Of a DNA stretch of 64,000 nt, positions 28,422 through 42,400 are shown piece by piece. Where the stretch lies: positions 15,500,001-15,564,000 of the forward strand of contig NC_086375.1 of NCBI RefSeq assembly GCF_036588685.1, read 5' to 3'. The translations under genes and the position numbers were made by a program. Numbering within the stretch: position 1 is the first letter of the stretch; every line of letters begins with the position of its first letter. The notes beneath the pieces were generated by a model. The model searched no databases. It was given only the letters and a program-made list of their open reading frames with translations, and was not told the DNA's origin. The stretch is from Mytilus trossulus. Taxonomy: Eukaryota.

Positions 28422-29545
28422 GTGTGTGGACGAGCATTGTGCAAATAATTGTATAAATTTCGAGATTGCATTTTAGTTACGTAAGTGCGTCACTGTTTTT
28501 GATATGATGAGGTGTTTGTCGTTGGCCAAAGTGTGTTCGTTGTTGTTCTGCGGTTTACATGTTGTGTCGAGTATATTATAGTATTTGTTTCTGCGTTTCT
28601 CTGAGATGAATGTTCTTGAGTGTGTTTTTGTGTATTTCTGTCACGTAGTGTGCCTTTTTAGCGACATTTCTTAACATTGTCATCAAGCAAGAGGTTTGGC
28701 TAGCGATTAAACCTGGTCCAACCCATCATTTTCTTCTTAAAATGTCCTGTACTAAGTCAGGAATATGGCAGTTGTTATCTAATAGGTTGTTTCTATATAT
28801 GTATGTTGGCTTTTGTTTTTGTTGCAATCCAGTGTTCCTGTTGTTGTTTGTTTTCTTCTTATATATATAGTTGACGAGTTTCCCTCAGTTTTAGTTTGTA
28901 ACCCGGATTTGTTTTCTTTTAATCGATTAATGACTTTTGAACACCGGTATGCAACTGTTGCCCTGGCTATAGAGAGATATAAGAACCCTTTGGAACATAT
29001 CATTTTCTAATGTTTCAGTTTTATTTACATCATTTCAATAAAAGGTAGATTAAGAAATTCCGTCTGATATGATTTTAACGAGAATCAAAATGTATACAGA
29101 AACGTTTCTGCATAATAAAGAATTTGATATATTTTTTTTTATATCAGGTCAGGGTATTTGTAAGCCAGATACAAGTTAAAATGTACATTCTATTAAAAAA
29201 ATACATGGTATGCGATAACAGGAGCATCAGTGCTCAAAATAGAAGTTTGTTTTGCGAAAGTAGAAATCGTTTCCTTTGTCGTATGTTTCAATTTCCCCAT
29301 TCTGTAACAATACAGTTTCATGTGCAAAACAGACATTTGACGATTATTATAAGCCTTATAGAGCCTTTTATAAATAGCTGACTATGCGGTATGGGCTTTG
29401 CTTATTGTTGAAGGACGCACGGTGACCAATAGCTGTTATTCTGTTTCATTTGGTCTCTCGTGAGAGTTATCTTATTGGCAATCATACTACTTTTTTTTTA
29501 TATTTTAATATGTATATTAAACTCGAAATCAACAGTCACATGGTG

Positions 29546-30157
29546 TGTTTGTAGCAAGTCAGGTTATCTGGATCATTCGTTGTTTGTAGCAAGTCAGGTT
29601 ATCTGGATCATTCGTTGTTTGTAGCAAGTCAGGTTATCTGGCTCATTTGTTGTTTGTAGCAAGTCAGGTTATCTGGCTCATTTGTTGTTTGTAGCAAGTC
29701 AGGTTATCTGGATCATTGGTTGTTTGTAGCAAGTCGGGTTATCTGGATCATTTGTTGTTTGTAGCAAGTCGGGTTATCTGGATCATTGGTTGTTTGTAGC
29801 AAGTCGGGTTATCTGGATCATTGGTTGTTTGTAGCAAGTCGGGTTATCTGGATCATTGGTTGTTTGTAGCAAGTCGGGTTATCTGGATCATTGGTTGTTT
29901 GTAGCAAGTCAGGTTATCTGGATCATTTGTTCGTTTGTAGCAAGTCAGGTTATCTGGATCATTGGTTGTTTGTAGCAAGTCATGTTATCTGGATCATTGG
30001 TTGTTTGTAGCAAGTCAGGTTATCTGGATCATTGGTTGTTTGTAGCAAATCAGGTTATCTGGCTCATTGGTTGTTTGTAGCTTGTTTGTAGCAAGTCAGG
30101 TTATCTGGCTCATTTGTTGTTTGTAGCAAGTCAGGTTATCTGGATCATTTGTTGTTT
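29546..30157. repeat. 35-bp minisatellite, about 17 copies
   Basis: Unit TTGTTTGTAGCAAGTCAGGTTATCTGGATCATTGG, period 35. Confidence 0.97.
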
Positions 30158-30321
30158 GTTGTTGTCTGCCTTTGCTTCTGTATACAATTAGAATCATATG
30201 CAAAACAGTTCGGCTGTGGCCATTGATTGTCGTCCTAAATTATCCCATTGACTGAGACAGATTATGTGAATATTTGTCTGTAACGACCACTGCTGACTAT
30301 ATACTTGTTAAAGACACTTAA

Positions 30322-30509
30322 ACTGTGGGGTTACCAAAGGTTCTCAATACCTAAATAAAGTAATTCGAAAAATTAATCATGAATAACACGATGTTATGAT
30401 TTATATCAATAATATAAATCAAAACATAAAGGTTATTCCTGATTAATTTTTCGGATTATTTCATTATTTCATTCTTAAATAATTTAATAACCTTTGGTGA
30501 CCCTACAGT
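30322..30509. mobile_element. Fold-back MITE, about 190 bp, TTAA flanks
   Basis: TIR ACTGTGGGGTTACCAAAGGTT / AACCTTTGGTGACCCTACAGT; internal inverted block TAATTCGAAAAATTAATCATGAATAAC / GTTATTCCTGATTAATTTTTCGGATTA. Confidence 0.8.
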
Positions 30510-31320
30510 TTAAATTCTATTATAAGTAAGTAGTGAGCAGCGTCGTTACAGAAAAACGTTCACAAAATCTGTCCCAGTCATTGAATGAATTAAGGACATC
30601 AATCAATGGCCACAGCCAGTGCCCCCACTGTTTTGAATATGATTCTAAGAACATGTGATACGATTTCAAATGAGACATCTTTACATGTACCAGATACCAA
30701 TTAACGCTGAAGGTTAGTGACTGTAGGTACTGTACGACCTTAACTGATGAGCAAAACCCGTCCCGAAAACTTGTGAGATCATAATAATTCAGCGGTTGTT
30801 GTTGTATATCATATTTTTTATTGTTGTTTTGTACATAAATCAAAGTGTTAGTTTTCTCGTTTGAATTGTTTTACTATGTCATTTTTGCCTTTTATGGCTT
30901 GCTATGCGTTATTTTACTCATAGTTGAGGGATATATGATGACATTTAGAAATGTAGGAAAACTTTCTACGTTATTTGTTCTTTGACGGAGAGGTGTTTCA
31001 TTGCCAATCATACCACATCTTATTTTCATAATGGCATATTAAAATATTAATGACCAGCTATCTTTGCAGTTCTTATAGTTTTGCATTAAATGTTTTAAGA
31101 TATTCGAAGCCCTAATTGAAAACAGTAACACAAAACACCCCAAAAATATATGAAGATCAAATGCCTTACAAAAATGTATCTATAGAACATTATGAGGTAG
31201 ATTTATAATACTTTTTGATTTTCGAATTCATGTGGCCGAACGGCGGCTGTTTATTGCAAGGATATTCTATAAAAGAAACTGTGAACAAATTGCTAATTTT
31301 CCATCCTCCAAAATATTGCT

Positions 31321-31605
31321 ATATAAAAAGAAAGAAGATATGGTATGATCGCCAATGAGACAATGAGACCAAAATGACACAGAAATTAACAACTATAGGT
31401 CACCATACGGCCTTCAGCAATGAGCGAAGCTCATACCGCATAGTCAGCTATAATAGGCAACTAAATGACAATGTAAAACAATTTTCAAACTAGAAAACTA
31501 ACGGCCTTATTTATATAAAAAAATGAACGAAAAACAAATATGTAACACAGAAACAAACGACAACCACTAAATTTCAGGCTCCTGACTTGGGACAGGCACA
31601 TACAT
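31321..31605 (+). mobile_element. Copy of dominant interspersed repeat
   Basis: Matches 104-272 and the reverse complement of 44275-44563. Confidence 0.8.
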
Positions 31606-31990
31606 AGTTATGAAGTTTGAAAATCGACTTGCAACTCACAGGCTAAACATTTTCCTGAATAGATCATCCCTTTGTTAACATTTCAATCTAGTCACTCCCA
31701 ATAAGATAATGTGATAAAAGTGATAGCGTGATTTGTTTTTAACTTGTAACTAGTCAAGTACTAAAATTAGATTTAGTCTTTATTTATAGGGTCTATGTAG
31801 TCACTTACAATTATTTATATACCATAAACAGGCACTTATAATACAACACTCCTCCTTATATACCTATACTCAGTGGTCTAAGATAAAGTACATGTACAAG
31901 GACATATAGTTTTATCTTAAAGTCTAGCGATAATATTTATTATATGTATCAGCAAAGCATCATCGCTCTGTCTCTCTCAAAATCATTACA

Positions 31991-32257
31991 AACAAGAATA
32001 TTATGTGTCCATAGTACACATATGCCCCTCGCACACTATCTTTTCTATGTTCCGTAAACCGTGAAATTGAAGACAAAACTATAGATTTGGCATTGAAATT
32101 AGAAAGATCATATCAAAGAGAACATGTATACTGAGTTTCAAATTGATTAAACTCCAACTTCACCAAAAACGTAAACCTGAAGCGGAACGGACGGACGAAA
32201 ACGGACGAACGGACGCAATGACCGAAAAACATAATGCCCCACTTTGGAGCATAAAAA
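31991..32257 (-). mobile_element. Short HINE/pearl-like element
   Basis: AACAAG end, TGTGTCC...ACACA hairpin, repeated ATGCCCC subterminal motif, (GGAC/GACG)n microsatellite. Confidence 0.6.
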
Positions 32258-34050
32258 ATGGAAACAAAATAGAGAAACTTTTTTTTTTAAATAACTCTAT
32301 GAAATAACATCCATGTACTTGTGCTCGATACAGTTTTACTATATGCGATTTTTGATTATGGAAAGCGGGAAGTTTAAAATGAGACGATACCAAGTCGACG
32401 TTCAGGCATAATCATTACCCAACAAGAAATCTGGAACATAAAAGTTTATTTCGGAAATAGTATTTTCAAATTTTTCACAATTTATTAAGTTTCCGATAAA
32501 TATTCTGATGTCTGGTTCAGATGGAATGAAGAGGATTATTGAGATCTGGTTATATGTCAAAAGTTAGTTACCTCATTAGAAGTTGCTCTTAGGACACATC
32601 TTATTTTGATTTTGATTTTGGAATTTAGCCTTGATGGCTTACTTTTGATATGATTTGTTACATGTATTTATAACTATTTTGACAAAGCAATTTAAAGCTT
32701 GATTTATGAGCCTGTTAATTATTGAATATCTAAATGTATATATTTGTAATATGTGTTTTGGGGTTACTGCTTCATTGCTATTTACCCAAGCACATCTCCT
32801 TATGCTCATAGCTATCATTTTTTGTTCTTCGTGCAATATATGTAACGTTAATGTTCTTTTCAGTTTTACATATAAACTGTATGTTCATATGACTTTCATA
32901 AACCTCAAGATATAAAAATGTTTCAATAAAAGATATTTTTCCACAACATTTAAAAAAAATGGAATCTCAAGTTTATTTCCTTATAACTCAACACAAATAA
33001 AAATGATTGAAATTTTTCGTTATCCGATCATTAATCCAAAGTAAATAATTTATGCTATCTAAATGCATATAAATGCTTTTAACACGTATGAATTTCCAAA
33101 ATAGTTGGTGCAAAATCCTCAAAGTGACATTTTTGTGTGTCGTAAAATCTTAATTTACGAGAATATACGGAACTTTAAGGTAAAATACCCGATATTGGTT
33201 TTAATACTTACCGCAACCAATAACATGCTTTAAATTTTACTTTCACGTAAGAAGACCTAAAGGTGTGTACAATAGAAACAAAGAGCAAGTAAAGGTCCAA
33301 TCGATGGAGACATTACTTCACACTCAAAACCCATGTTGAACTTTCGTTCCTTGATCAAATACAGAAATTTAAGAAGTGCTTTTGATTTTAATAATCGCTC
33401 TTCACGGAGAAGGCTATTTACGTCAACAATTAAAATCACCATTGTGCAAGATTACCAATATTTACTCTTGGTGAATAAAGCCGCCGTACTGTCTACGCTG
33501 ACCAGTAGTGGACAAAAGATGACCACTTGATGGAGAAACTGGACTAATTAATCAGATCTTAGTTCCCACTCTTGTGTGGAAATCATTTACTTTGTTATAA
33601 CATGTTCTTTTATCTCAAAGCCTTAGGAACATAATATTTATTCAAATTGTTTCTTAGTTTAACGACGAATCAATAAGAAAAGCAATATTTCTTTTTATTT
33701 TCTTTGAACATATGCTTTTTTTGTGTGAAGTATCTTACATTCACAAAGAATCAAAAAGGAAACACAACATTTTTCTGTAGGCATATTCTTATGAGGGTCT
33801 GAATGATGCCTATTTATGTATTCTTTAATTTTTAGACCATTTTTCTCTTTACATCATGAATTTTGCTAATTATTCCATATTATGTATAGTCTAGTACCCA
33901 TCATTTCCATTCATAATTTTGTGGGCCTGTTTATTCTCTATTCTTCATTTTTGCCTGATTTTTTCTGTGATTTTTGTCCACCCAGCATTCTCTTATATGT
34001 ACAAACCTCATCCAAACCCTCACATATGGATAAAGCTTTTTTTTTTGAGA

Positions 34051-34235
34051 GCCCAGGTGGTCGTGTGGTCTAGCGGGACGGCTGCAGTGCAGGCGATTTG
34101 GTGTCACGATATCACAGTAGCATGGGTTCGAATCCCGGTGAGGGAAGAACCAAAAATTTGCAAAAGCAAATTTACAGATCTAACATTGTTGGTTTGATGT
34201 TTAGACGAGTTGTATATACATATATAGATATATAC
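34051..34235 (+). mobile_element. Short tRNA-derived SINE
   Basis: A box TGGTCGTGTGG, perfect B box GGTTCGAATCC, non-tRNA body, (TA)n tail; no proper cloverleaf acceptor stem. Confidence 0.75.
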
Positions 34236-37200
34236 TTTCTTGAAAGAAAATAACTCCATATAGGTATATAAAAGCATTTTCATAAAACTGTAATTTGATA
34301 AACAACAAAATATTAGAAAGGAGGAGCAGAACTCCATTTATTTCATTATGCATGTTACTTTGTTCTAAGCATCATTAATTTAAAAACCCAGACAAATGAT
34401 AAGTCTAAATGAAATCGGAATACTGATTGGCACGCGGTTGTTAATTAATTAATTGTTGATTTAAAAAAAACTACTATATGATAATGTTATTTAAATATCG
34501 AAGTGATCTCGATTTTATATTTTGTTTTATAAAGATTAGACCATTGGTTTTCCCGTTTGAATGGTTTTACAACAGTATTTTTTAGGCCCTTTATAGCTTA
34601 CTAGTATAATTATTGTTCGGTGTGAGCCTAAACTCCGTGTTGAAGCTATAATGGTTTAGTTTAATAAAGTATGACTTGGACGGAAAGTTGTCTTATTGGC
34701 ACTCGTATCACATCTTTCTATATCTGTTAACACTTTAATTTTAACTTTACCAATAGATTTAAGTAAAAGTCATGTATGCATTTTACGTTTGTCTTATTCA
34801 GAATAACGTCATCATTTATAACATAATTATTGCTATAATTCTAACTGTTACACTACATCATTTCGATTGATACGAACCGCTTACTTTTCCCTAATAGCTG
34901 CTTAACTTTTTACAGACATTCGCATTTAAGCTTTCGGATAACTTTGCTTCAATGACCTTTTTAAGATTGGCATTTTCAAAAAGTACATAACGGAGAATGC
35001 TGAAAATAGAGGATCAGATAGAAAAAAGACTTAAAGAATTTCCAAAACATATCAAATGGATAACTAATACTTTCATTATTTTGCTTTCGCATACAACATA
35101 TATATCACAATAACACAAAGATAGCGATTAGAATATCACGAAAAGCACAAATGTTTCCACCTTTTCTGACGAACGTCTGTCGTTTTTTGTACTATCGGCG
35201 TAAGAAAGAACTATATAAAGTAGCACATTTGAGGTAAGATTGGTGGATTTAGAGAATACATTATTGTTTGTTTGTTTGTTCGTTCTCCTTTGTTTTGCGC
35301 AACTTTTGATTGGTCAGCTTTAAGTATTTGTGTTTCATGTGTTATTTTGAATAACGTCACAACGTCACTAAGATTTTCCATTCCATTTTTTTGTTGGGAA
35401 TTTGCTCTATGTAAAACATACTAATTGTATAATAAGATGGTACACACCAACATTTTTGTGTTTGTTTTCTAACACAAATACAATTGATGTACCAATGTTT
35501 TTGCACTTAGCACAACTAAAACAACATGAGTGTATCTTTATTAAGTGCTTTTTACTGATTTATGCTAAAAAAAAACCAACAACAAAACACAAATATTGCA
35601 GAAAACAACAAACGAAACCACCGAAGATACCAAGAGGACAATCAAAACCAAACTCAAAGAAGAAACACACATGCAATACCAATAACATAAAACAAAGCAA
35701 AATGAAGAAAAGACTAATAAATTAGGTGACTATGTATACTCTTTTGTCTTTCTGTAAGTAGGTTTTTATGCCTCGTGCCATTCTGTTGCACGCTCATAAA
35801 CATTTTTAAAGCCGCTACATTCTATAATAAGTTATAAGAAGATGTGGTATGAGGGCCAATGAAACAACTCTCCATCCAAGTCACAATTTATAAAAGTAAA
35901 CTATTACAGGTCAAAATATGCATGTCTCATGTCTGGAGCCTGTAAATGAGTTTTTGTCGTTCGTTACTCTCTGGTATACTTGTATTTGTAGTTCATTGTT
36001 TCGTCATGAATCAAGCTGTTGGTTTTTTAGTTTGATTTTTTTCACATTTTATCATGTTGATGCTTTTAATAGCTGACTCTACAGTATGGGTTTTCTCGTT
36101 TTTAAAGTCCCGCGCGGTCACATGGCGTAAATCCACGTCATTTTGGCTCTGTTGGGAATTTTTCTTTGAGGCAAATTATATTTGTTAAATTTTTTGCTTT
36201 AATTTTTTCGAATCAACCCACGGTATTTTTGTAAGTTTGAATATCTCTGGATTCAAGTAGAAAGATATAGAAAATACATTTGCAATGAGTTTATTTTTAC
36301 CATGTTTGTCAAACTTTGGCATCATTTTTTTTTTAACTAGCCCATAATTATATATAGAATCGATAATTTTGACTATCTATTATATGAATGAATATGTAAA
36401 AAAAGCTCAAAATAGACATACATGTGCCTGTCCTAAGTCAGGAGCATGTAATACAGTCCTTGCATGTCGTTTGTTGCTGTATGTATCATATCCGCTTTTC
36501 GTTTATTGTTCTATACTTATGTCAGGCTTTTAGTTTTCTTGTTTTATGTGTTTTACATTTACCATTTCTGGGCCTTGTAATGCTTGTAATATGGGCGTTG
36601 CTCCGAAGGACGTAGGGTAACTTTTGATAGTAGCTTACCTTCTATGTCATTTGGTCCCTTGTGGAGTGATGTATCATGAGAGGTTACACTTTTATATAAA
36701 CACCGGAACAAAACTACTGCTTCATTCTTCCCTTTTATACAAATGGATTATGTAAACTAATAGGCAGTATGTGTCCAACACATTATTGACTTCATAGACT
36801 TTGTTGGTTTTTCTTGCTCTCACATAAAGAGTTGCACACATGGACTTTGTTATGTTTCGTAGAATTGCTATCTTTTGCATTTCGCGGTGTTCCTTTATTT
36901 TACTCTTATCAGATATAGTTGATGGTTTGTAACCCGGATTTGTTTTTTTTTCTCAATCAATATATAACTTTTCAACACTGGTATACTACTGTTGCCATTA
37001 TTTTCCCTTCTAATATTTTTTTTTTGTAGTTTATAGTATTATTTCACAAAAATGATATAATATTTGCGATTTTGATAACCATTTTGGAAACTTTTCAAAA
37101 GAATTATGGTAAAAGCAATTTAGAACTGGACTTAGATAAAGGCAACAGTAGTATACCGCTGTTCAAAACTCATAAATCCATGGACAAAAAACAAAATCGG

Positions 37201-37469
37201 GGCAACAAACCAAAACCGAGGGAAACGCATTAAATATAAGAGGAGAACAACGACACAACACCGAAACACAACAGCAGACAGAAACGGACCAAGCAACAGA
37301 ACTTAGCATTGGAAAACAAAGACTATGGGTAATTTCACTTACTGTTCACCAGAATGGACCCATTGTTTGATTTTTTTGTAGTTTTGGACGCTTAACGGGG
37401 TGCATGTTTCCAAAAATGTGTATTCGTGAGTTCCTTCAACCAATATATTTTTATTAACTTTTAGTAGTA

Positions 37470-39480
37470 TGAAGCATTACGAGTCTTTAAAATGTCTTCG
37501 ATCAGGTCTCCATTTTTTTGTATCCTGTGCTTTTTTTTTTCGTGAGGAGTTTTCTGCGGTATGGTAAAATAAATAGTCTTAGCAGTCTTCTTATTTGACC
37601 TATGAAAGATAACTCTTATTTCCTTTATAACTTTTGATGACAAAAGTAACCGGAGTCAACATTTTGTTTTACATTGTGAAATATACAAATTACGCTCAGC
37701 TTTGAAAACGATATAATGCACAAACAAAAACAATATTTATTGTATAATTGTAACCTAATAAAAAATAGGGTTCAATGAATGAAACTAACAAACGTGACAA
37801 TAAAGATGAGTTATTTCCCTTTGAACACCAAAGAAAATGACTTAAGTTTTATTTCAAACGGTTACAATAAGATACTAGTTCGCTTAATAGCAAACGAATT
37901 TTTATTAGGAGACAGAGAAGCAATGAAGTTATCTGCGAACAAATATTCATGCTGCATATCATCTTTTATCTATTTTTACGTCATCGAGTGGCACAGTGCC
38001 TCATTCAAAGAAAGAATATTACAACTACAAAATGATAACATTATTATATTATCTATCCTTAGTCATCGACAATATGTCTAATTGTTTTGCAAAAAAATCA
38101 TTACAACTGGCAACAGAAGTAGCTGAATTTTTCATTTTTTTTTATATATATATATATTTCTTGAATACGTCATTACGATTCATTGGTATATATCTGTGTA
38201 TAAAACAACGTTTCATTGAGGAGAGATAATAGTTTGTTTCGCTAGTTTTACAAAAAACAAAATGATTTACGTAAATGCATTAATGCAAAATAAATTTGCC
38301 TCCTATTTTTAATAACACGTTATTTTCTCACTTTTAAAATTTTGCCAGAATCTTTTAATCATATGCATTTGTTTTACAAAACTAAATCCTTGTATCTAGG
38401 ATGAGTTTATTTGCAGATGAATGTTTTTCATTTGATTAATTAATAGTTTTTCTCACTTATCATACTAGCATGTTATGATAAATCGAAATAAAACATTTGT
38501 ATGGTTACATTTGTTGAATAGTCTTCGTTAAGACACCGGCGTAGTCGGGTAAAGACATTAACCCTCAGCCTAGTGTAAAATCGAAATCTAGATCATCCTC
38601 TGGGATTTTTGATGGATTTTGATGTCCGTCTTTCACATGATCATGATCGTCATCCGCTAGGGTTACATAACATTAGAACTATTCTTCATTTTCAAGAAAA
38701 TGATTTCGTAATAATGCGTTATCTCAACTTTCTGTAGTTTGTGTGCATAACAGGATCTTAAAAATGTCTTCGAGCAAGTCTACATTTTTATTGATCCTTT
38801 CCTGAATATTTTCGTGACGAGTACGTTGCAATACGATGTAATTAGCAGTCTTCTTATTTGACCAACGGAAGATAACTCTTATTTCCATTTATGACAAGAG
38901 TCACCGGAGCCATTTTTTTTAAAGTACGCAAATAACACCTGGCTTTAGAAAAGATAAAAGGAATAAAAAAAAAAATGAATTGATTGTATAACTGTGTTCT
39001 TATAATAAAATCCGATTTAGAAAATAAGGATCAATCAATGAAAATAACTTGAAAAATAACGTTGAGTTATACATTGTTATAAGTATATATTACACATAAA
39101 ATTCATAAGTTTTGATTTAGATAAACGGTTACAAAACAATATTGGTTTGCTAAATAGAGAATTTTCTAATTTTCCGTAATAGAGTGGCACAGTGCCTTCT
39201 TCGAAGAATAATACACCTATCACACGATAACAACCCTAGTCACCGGAAGATGTGAAATTAATCTGCTATTCTTTTTTAAACTGTCATTAGAACAAAGAGC
39301 AGAAGCAGCTTAAGATTTTTCATTTTTGTTTTATATATATTTCTTGATTGTATTATTTTGATTCATTGATATATCTAAATAAAGGTAACTGTAGTATACC
39401 GCTGTTCGAAAGTCATAAATATGTATATATAAAACACCATTTCATTGAGGAGAAACAGTACTTTATATCACTAGTTTTAT
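37470..39480. repeat. Older diverged direct duplication (about 37470-38250 vs 38750-39480)
   Basis: Shared blocks in the same order: AAAATGTCTTCGA, TTAGCAGTCTTCTTATTTGACC, AAGATAACTCTTATTTCC, GAGTGGCACAGTGCCT, TTTCATTGAGGAGA. Confidence 0.85.
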
Positions 39481-42400
39481 AAGAAAAACTAAATTTATAA
39501 TGCATACATGCATTATAAATAAACATTGCAAATTTTAATATTAATGATGTAAAATTGAAATGTGTCTTTAAAGACTTTCAGAAATATTTTTACGACTGGT
39601 GCAAAACCTATACTTAATTCTTCCATAGATATAGCGATTTGGTTTGAAGTTCGATTGTAGATAACTTATTTCAAACGGGAAATTACATCCTCATTTTTAG
39701 AGAGATGTTGTTTACCGAGCACGCAAATTAACAAACGATCCTGGTAAACTTATCGATCATATAAATAAACTTCTTCTAAAAGATTATCAATTCAACACTG
39801 TAATTAGATCTTTGAAGATTGTTTTCAATTGTATTGATACTGATTTTGTTATCAGTAAATTAAAAGCAAACTAAATATTATTTTTATATACATATGCACT
39901 TTCATGGATGTACAATCTGTTGATACCTGTATCTTGTCATTCGTCTGACTGTTTATGACGTCTTTCCGCAAAATCCGTTGGATGTTGTTCTGATTGACAC
40001 TTAAGTCTTAGATGCATGCATTTTTATTTGTTGTTAATGGCATTGAACTAGCTGTCAGTAACCTCGAGTACTCTCAGATCTGTACTTAGTGTCTTTTTGA
40101 AGTTTAGATGTACAAGTACTCGGCCACGTTCACTCTGTGTTTTTGTTAGCTGCATTTGTATTTGTATCCATCTGATGAGTTAAGCATTTTCAACTGATTT
40201 TTATAGTATGTTCTTATGTTTTACCGCTACACCACTCTATCAGGTTAGGGAAGGGGTGTGACCCCGCTAACATATTGATGTTTATGCCTGCCCTGAGTCA
40301 GCAACCTCCGTTGTTCGTTTGTTGCTGTGTTTCATATTGGTATTATTTGTACATTAATTAGACCTTAGTTTTCACGTCTGCATTATTTTACATTTGTTAT
40401 TTGAGGACCTTTTATAGCTAAACATGTGGTATGGGATGTGCTCATTGATGAAGGCCGTATGGTTAACTATTGCTGTGAATTTCTGTGTCACTTAGTCTCG
40501 TTTGAAGAGTTGTCTCATTGGCAAAATTACCACATCTTCTTTTTTATATGTATATCATCAAAAAAAAAAATGACCGTAGCAATAGACATATACCGTATTA
40601 GCGGGTTATTTTCGTGGGTGTTTATTTTAGCTTATTTTTGCGGGTATACTGAAATCGCGATATTCAATTCCGCGGAAATTTTTGAATCTTATACACATTC
40701 ATGTAATGTGCTTAAATTCCTGCATGTCATTTATAAAATAAAGACGAAAGTAGTTTACAATAGCTATCAAAGGTACCAGGTCTACATTAGACTCATCAGT
40801 GACGCTCAGATCAAAATAATTGTAAAGCCAAACAAGTTCAAAGTTGACACGATAATAACCCTAGTCACCGGAAGATGTGAAATTAATCTGCTATTGTTTT
40901 TTAAACTGCCATTAGAACAAAGAGCAGAAGCAGCTTAAGATTTTTCATTTTTGTTTTATATATATTTCTTGATTGTATTATTTTGATTCATTGATATATC
41001 TAAATAAAGGTAACTGTAGTATACCGCTGTTCGAAAGTCATAAATATGTATATATAAAACACCATTTCATTGAGGAGAAACAGTACTTTATATCACTAGT
41101 TTTATAAGAAAAACTAAATTTATAATGCATACATGCATTATAAATAAACATTGCAAATTTTAATATTAATGATGTAAAATTGAAATGTGTCTTTAAAGAC
41201 TTTCAGAAATATTTTTACGACTGGTGCAAAACCTATACTTAATTCTTCCATAGATATAGCGATTTGGTTTTGAAGTTCGATTGTAGATAACTTATTTCAA
41301 ACGGGAAATTACATCCTCATTTTTAGAGAGATGTTGTTTACCGAGCACGCAAATTAACAAACGATCCTGGTAAACTTATCGATCATATAAATAAACTTCT
41401 TCTAAAAGATTATCAATTCAACACTATAATTAGATCTTTGAAGATTGTTTTCAATTGTATTAATACTGATTTTGTTATCAGTAAATTAAAAGCAATCTAA
41501 ATATTATTTTTATATACATATGCACTTTCATGGATGTACAATCTGTTGATACCTGTATCTTGTCATTGCTCTGACTGTTTATGACGTCTTTCCGCTAAAT
41601 CCGTTGGATGTTGTTCTGATTGACACTTAAGTCTTAGATGCATGCATTTTTATTTGTTGTTAATGGCATTGAACTAGCTGTCAGTAACCTCGAGTACTCT
41701 CAGATCTGTACTTAGTGTCTTTTTGAAGTTTAGATGTACAAGTACTCGGCCACGTTCACTCTGTGTTTTTGTTAGCTGCATTTGTATTTGTATCCATCTG
41801 ATGAGTTAAGCATTTTTCAACTGATTTTTATAGTATGTTCTTATGTTTTACCGCTACACCACTCTATCAGGTTAGGGGAGGGGTATGACCCCGCTTACAT
41901 ACTGTATGTATATGCCTGTCCTGAGTCAGCAACCTCCGTTGTTCGTTTGTTGCTGTGTTTCATATTGGTATTATTTGTACATTAATTAGACCTTAGTTTT
42001 CACGTCTGCATTATTTTACATTTGTTATTTGAGGACCTTTTATAGCTAAACATGTGGTATGGGATGTGCTCATTGATGAAGGCCGTATGGTTAACTATTG
42101 CTGTGAATTTCTGTGTCACTTAGTCTCGTTTGAAGAGTTGTCTCATTGGCAAAATTACCACATCTTCTTTTTTATATGTATATCATCAAAAAAAAAAATG
42201 ACCGTAGCAATAGACATATACCGTATTAGCGGGTTATTTTCGTGGGTGTTTATTTTAGCTTATTTTTGCGGGTATACTGAAATCGCGATATTCAATTCCG
42301 CGGAAATTTTTGAAATCATATACACATTCATGTAATGTGCTTAAATTCCTGCATGTCATTTATAAAATAAAGACGAAAGTAGTTTACAATAGCTATCAAA

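Noticed and set aside
29546-30157. CRISPR-like 35-bp repeat array
   Set aside because: Units are head-to-tail with no unique spacers, there are no cas genes, and the context is eukaryotic; it is a minisatellite.
30740-30785. Hammerhead-like CTGATGAG...CGAAA
   Set aside because: No pairing stem II, stem I or stem III, and no NUH site in register.
34051-34145. Functional tRNA gene
   Set aside because: A and B boxes are present, but there is no proper acceptor or anticodon stem and a SINE body and (TA)n tail follow.
40165-40205. CTGATGAG plus hairpin in the triplication unit as an intact ribozyme
   Set aside because: GAAA is absent after the putative stem II.
40426-40938. 170-aa ORF and its copies at 42054-42615
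   Set aside because: It runs across several unrelated TE fragments, starts at GTG and is frameshifted in the second copy.
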